64,000 bases of DNA from Blasia pusilla. Taxonomy: Eukaryota. Location: the NCBI GenBank assembly GCA_050084515.1, contig CM114271.1, forward strand, positions 45,446,001 through 45,510,000, written 5' to 3'. Below the pieces are notes generated by a model that saw nothing but the letters and a program-made list of their open reading frames with translations, had not been told where the DNA came from and did not search any database. Position numbers and translations under genes: made by a program. Positions 62,701 through 64,000 of this stretch are shown piece by piece; within the stretch, counting starts at the first letter, position 1, and every line of letters begins with the position of its first letter.

Positions 62701-64000
62701 GAGAAAAACATGCCTAAGATGTATTGGGCAAAGGCTGTAGTGTGTGCAGTCTTCTTAATCAACCGAACTCCAACAATAGGAGTTCATGATAAGACTCCAT
62801 TCGAAGACATATTGCTGAAGCGATACGAGCTATGCTAAATGAGAAAAACATGCCTAAGGTGTATTGGGCAAAGGCTGTAGCGTGTGCAATCTTCTTAATC
62901 AACCGAACTCCAACAGTAGGAGTTCATGATAAGACTCCATTCAAAGTCTTCATAGGAAATAAACCTGATTTTTCCTTCTTGAAAGTATTTGGTTGTATTT
63001 GTTATGCTCATGTTCTTTCTGAAAGACTACAGAAATTAGACCCCAAATCTGAAAGATGTATATTCATTGGCTACGTTGATGGAACTAAGGGGTATAAGTG
63101 CTACATTCTATCCTCTAGGCACCTTATTATTAGTCGCGTTGTTGTCTTTTATGAGCTAAAGTCATTGTATGCTCTATCTGAGCCTATTTCATCTCTAAAC
63201 TCATTTGTTGAGGGGAGAATATGAATATAAACCAGTAGACATTGCCTTCAAATTTCCCAAATATTAGTGTAGGATTTAGTCTGTTGACACTAGTCAGAGC
63301 TCGAGCCAGGTGTTAGAGGCATCTACCCTGAACAACAATTTTGTAGATCAAGTAGAGTTACACATCATGTTCATAAATTTATAAATGAAGGTTTCCTTGC
63401 AACACATCATGCATATATGATGACTACGCTTCAAGAACAAGAGCCGAGATGTTTTGAAGAAGCTGCAAGTAAAGTCGAATGGATTGAAGCTATGGAGGAA
63501 GAGCTTACTGTATTAAAAATCAACAAATATGGGAGGTGGTTGATATACCTTCCGGTAAGGAAGCTACTTGTTGTAAATGGGTTTACAAAATCAACACAAT
63601 CAAGATGGTACAATTAATAGATACAACACGAGATTGGTGACTAAGGGCTATACACAACAATATGATATTGATTATCAGGAAATATTTAGCCCTCTTGCAA
63701 AGATGGCGACTATGAGAACAATGGTTGCAATTGCAATAAGTAAGAAGTGGAGATTACATCACATGGACGTCAAGAATACCTTCTTGAATGGAGATCTATA
63801 CGAGGAGGTATATATGACTCAACCATCTAGATATGAGCATCCCAAGTTTCATTTCGCGTATGCAGGTTGAAGAAAGCTCTATATAGGCTAAAATAAGCTC
63901 AAAGAGCTTGGTATGACAAGATTACATACGTCCTACAAGAGCTGGGTTTTAGGATATGTGATTCTGACTCCTTGTTATATGTCTTGATAGGACAAGATTA
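59704..64000 (+). mobile_element. Decayed Ty1/Copia LTR retrotransposon running off the window end
   Basis: LTR end ..TTCCACA (60181) followed by PBS-like TGGTATGCGAGC; gag MKQFLMGQELWELVTGDE; zinc knuckle CNYCGIKGHYTKFC; integrase YFISFIDD..RFDGGG..TPQKNGVVERKN, KVFGCICY..KLDPKSERCIFIGY; RT RLVTKGYTQ..HHMDVKNTFLNG. The LTR start at 59704 is a guess. Confidence 0.9.

Overview
Eukaryotic nuclear DNA from a non-seed land plant; the 18S sequence and gene style look bryophyte-like, but the species cannot be fixed from sequence alone. There are two intact, convergent, spliced genes: a mitochondrial ADP/ATP carrier (6031-8560, +, 3 exons) and NADH-dependent glutamate synthase (10385-22781, -, about 23 exons). 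The rest is mostly transposon-rich. (1) A decayed Ty3/Gypsy element (25502-30437, -) whose polyprotein carries a DNMT3-like C5 cytosine methyltransferase domain upstream of RT and a PHD finger after integrase. This is the most striking feature of the window. (2) Four copies or fragments of a CRE-like RLE non-LTR retrotransposon. One copy has captured about 1.8 kb of 5'ETS+18S rDNA with a repair-type junction and has a GST fragment fused at its 5' end. (3) A solo LTR and a 37-bp LTR remnant of the Gypsy family, short Helitron-like elements, and a decayed Copia element running off the right end. Two CpG-rich islands (37.75-40.6 kb and 49.4-56.4 kb) have no recognisable protein; the first contains a 4-unit repeat with an invariant 12-mer. 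All calls come from manual reading and translation; no searches were run.
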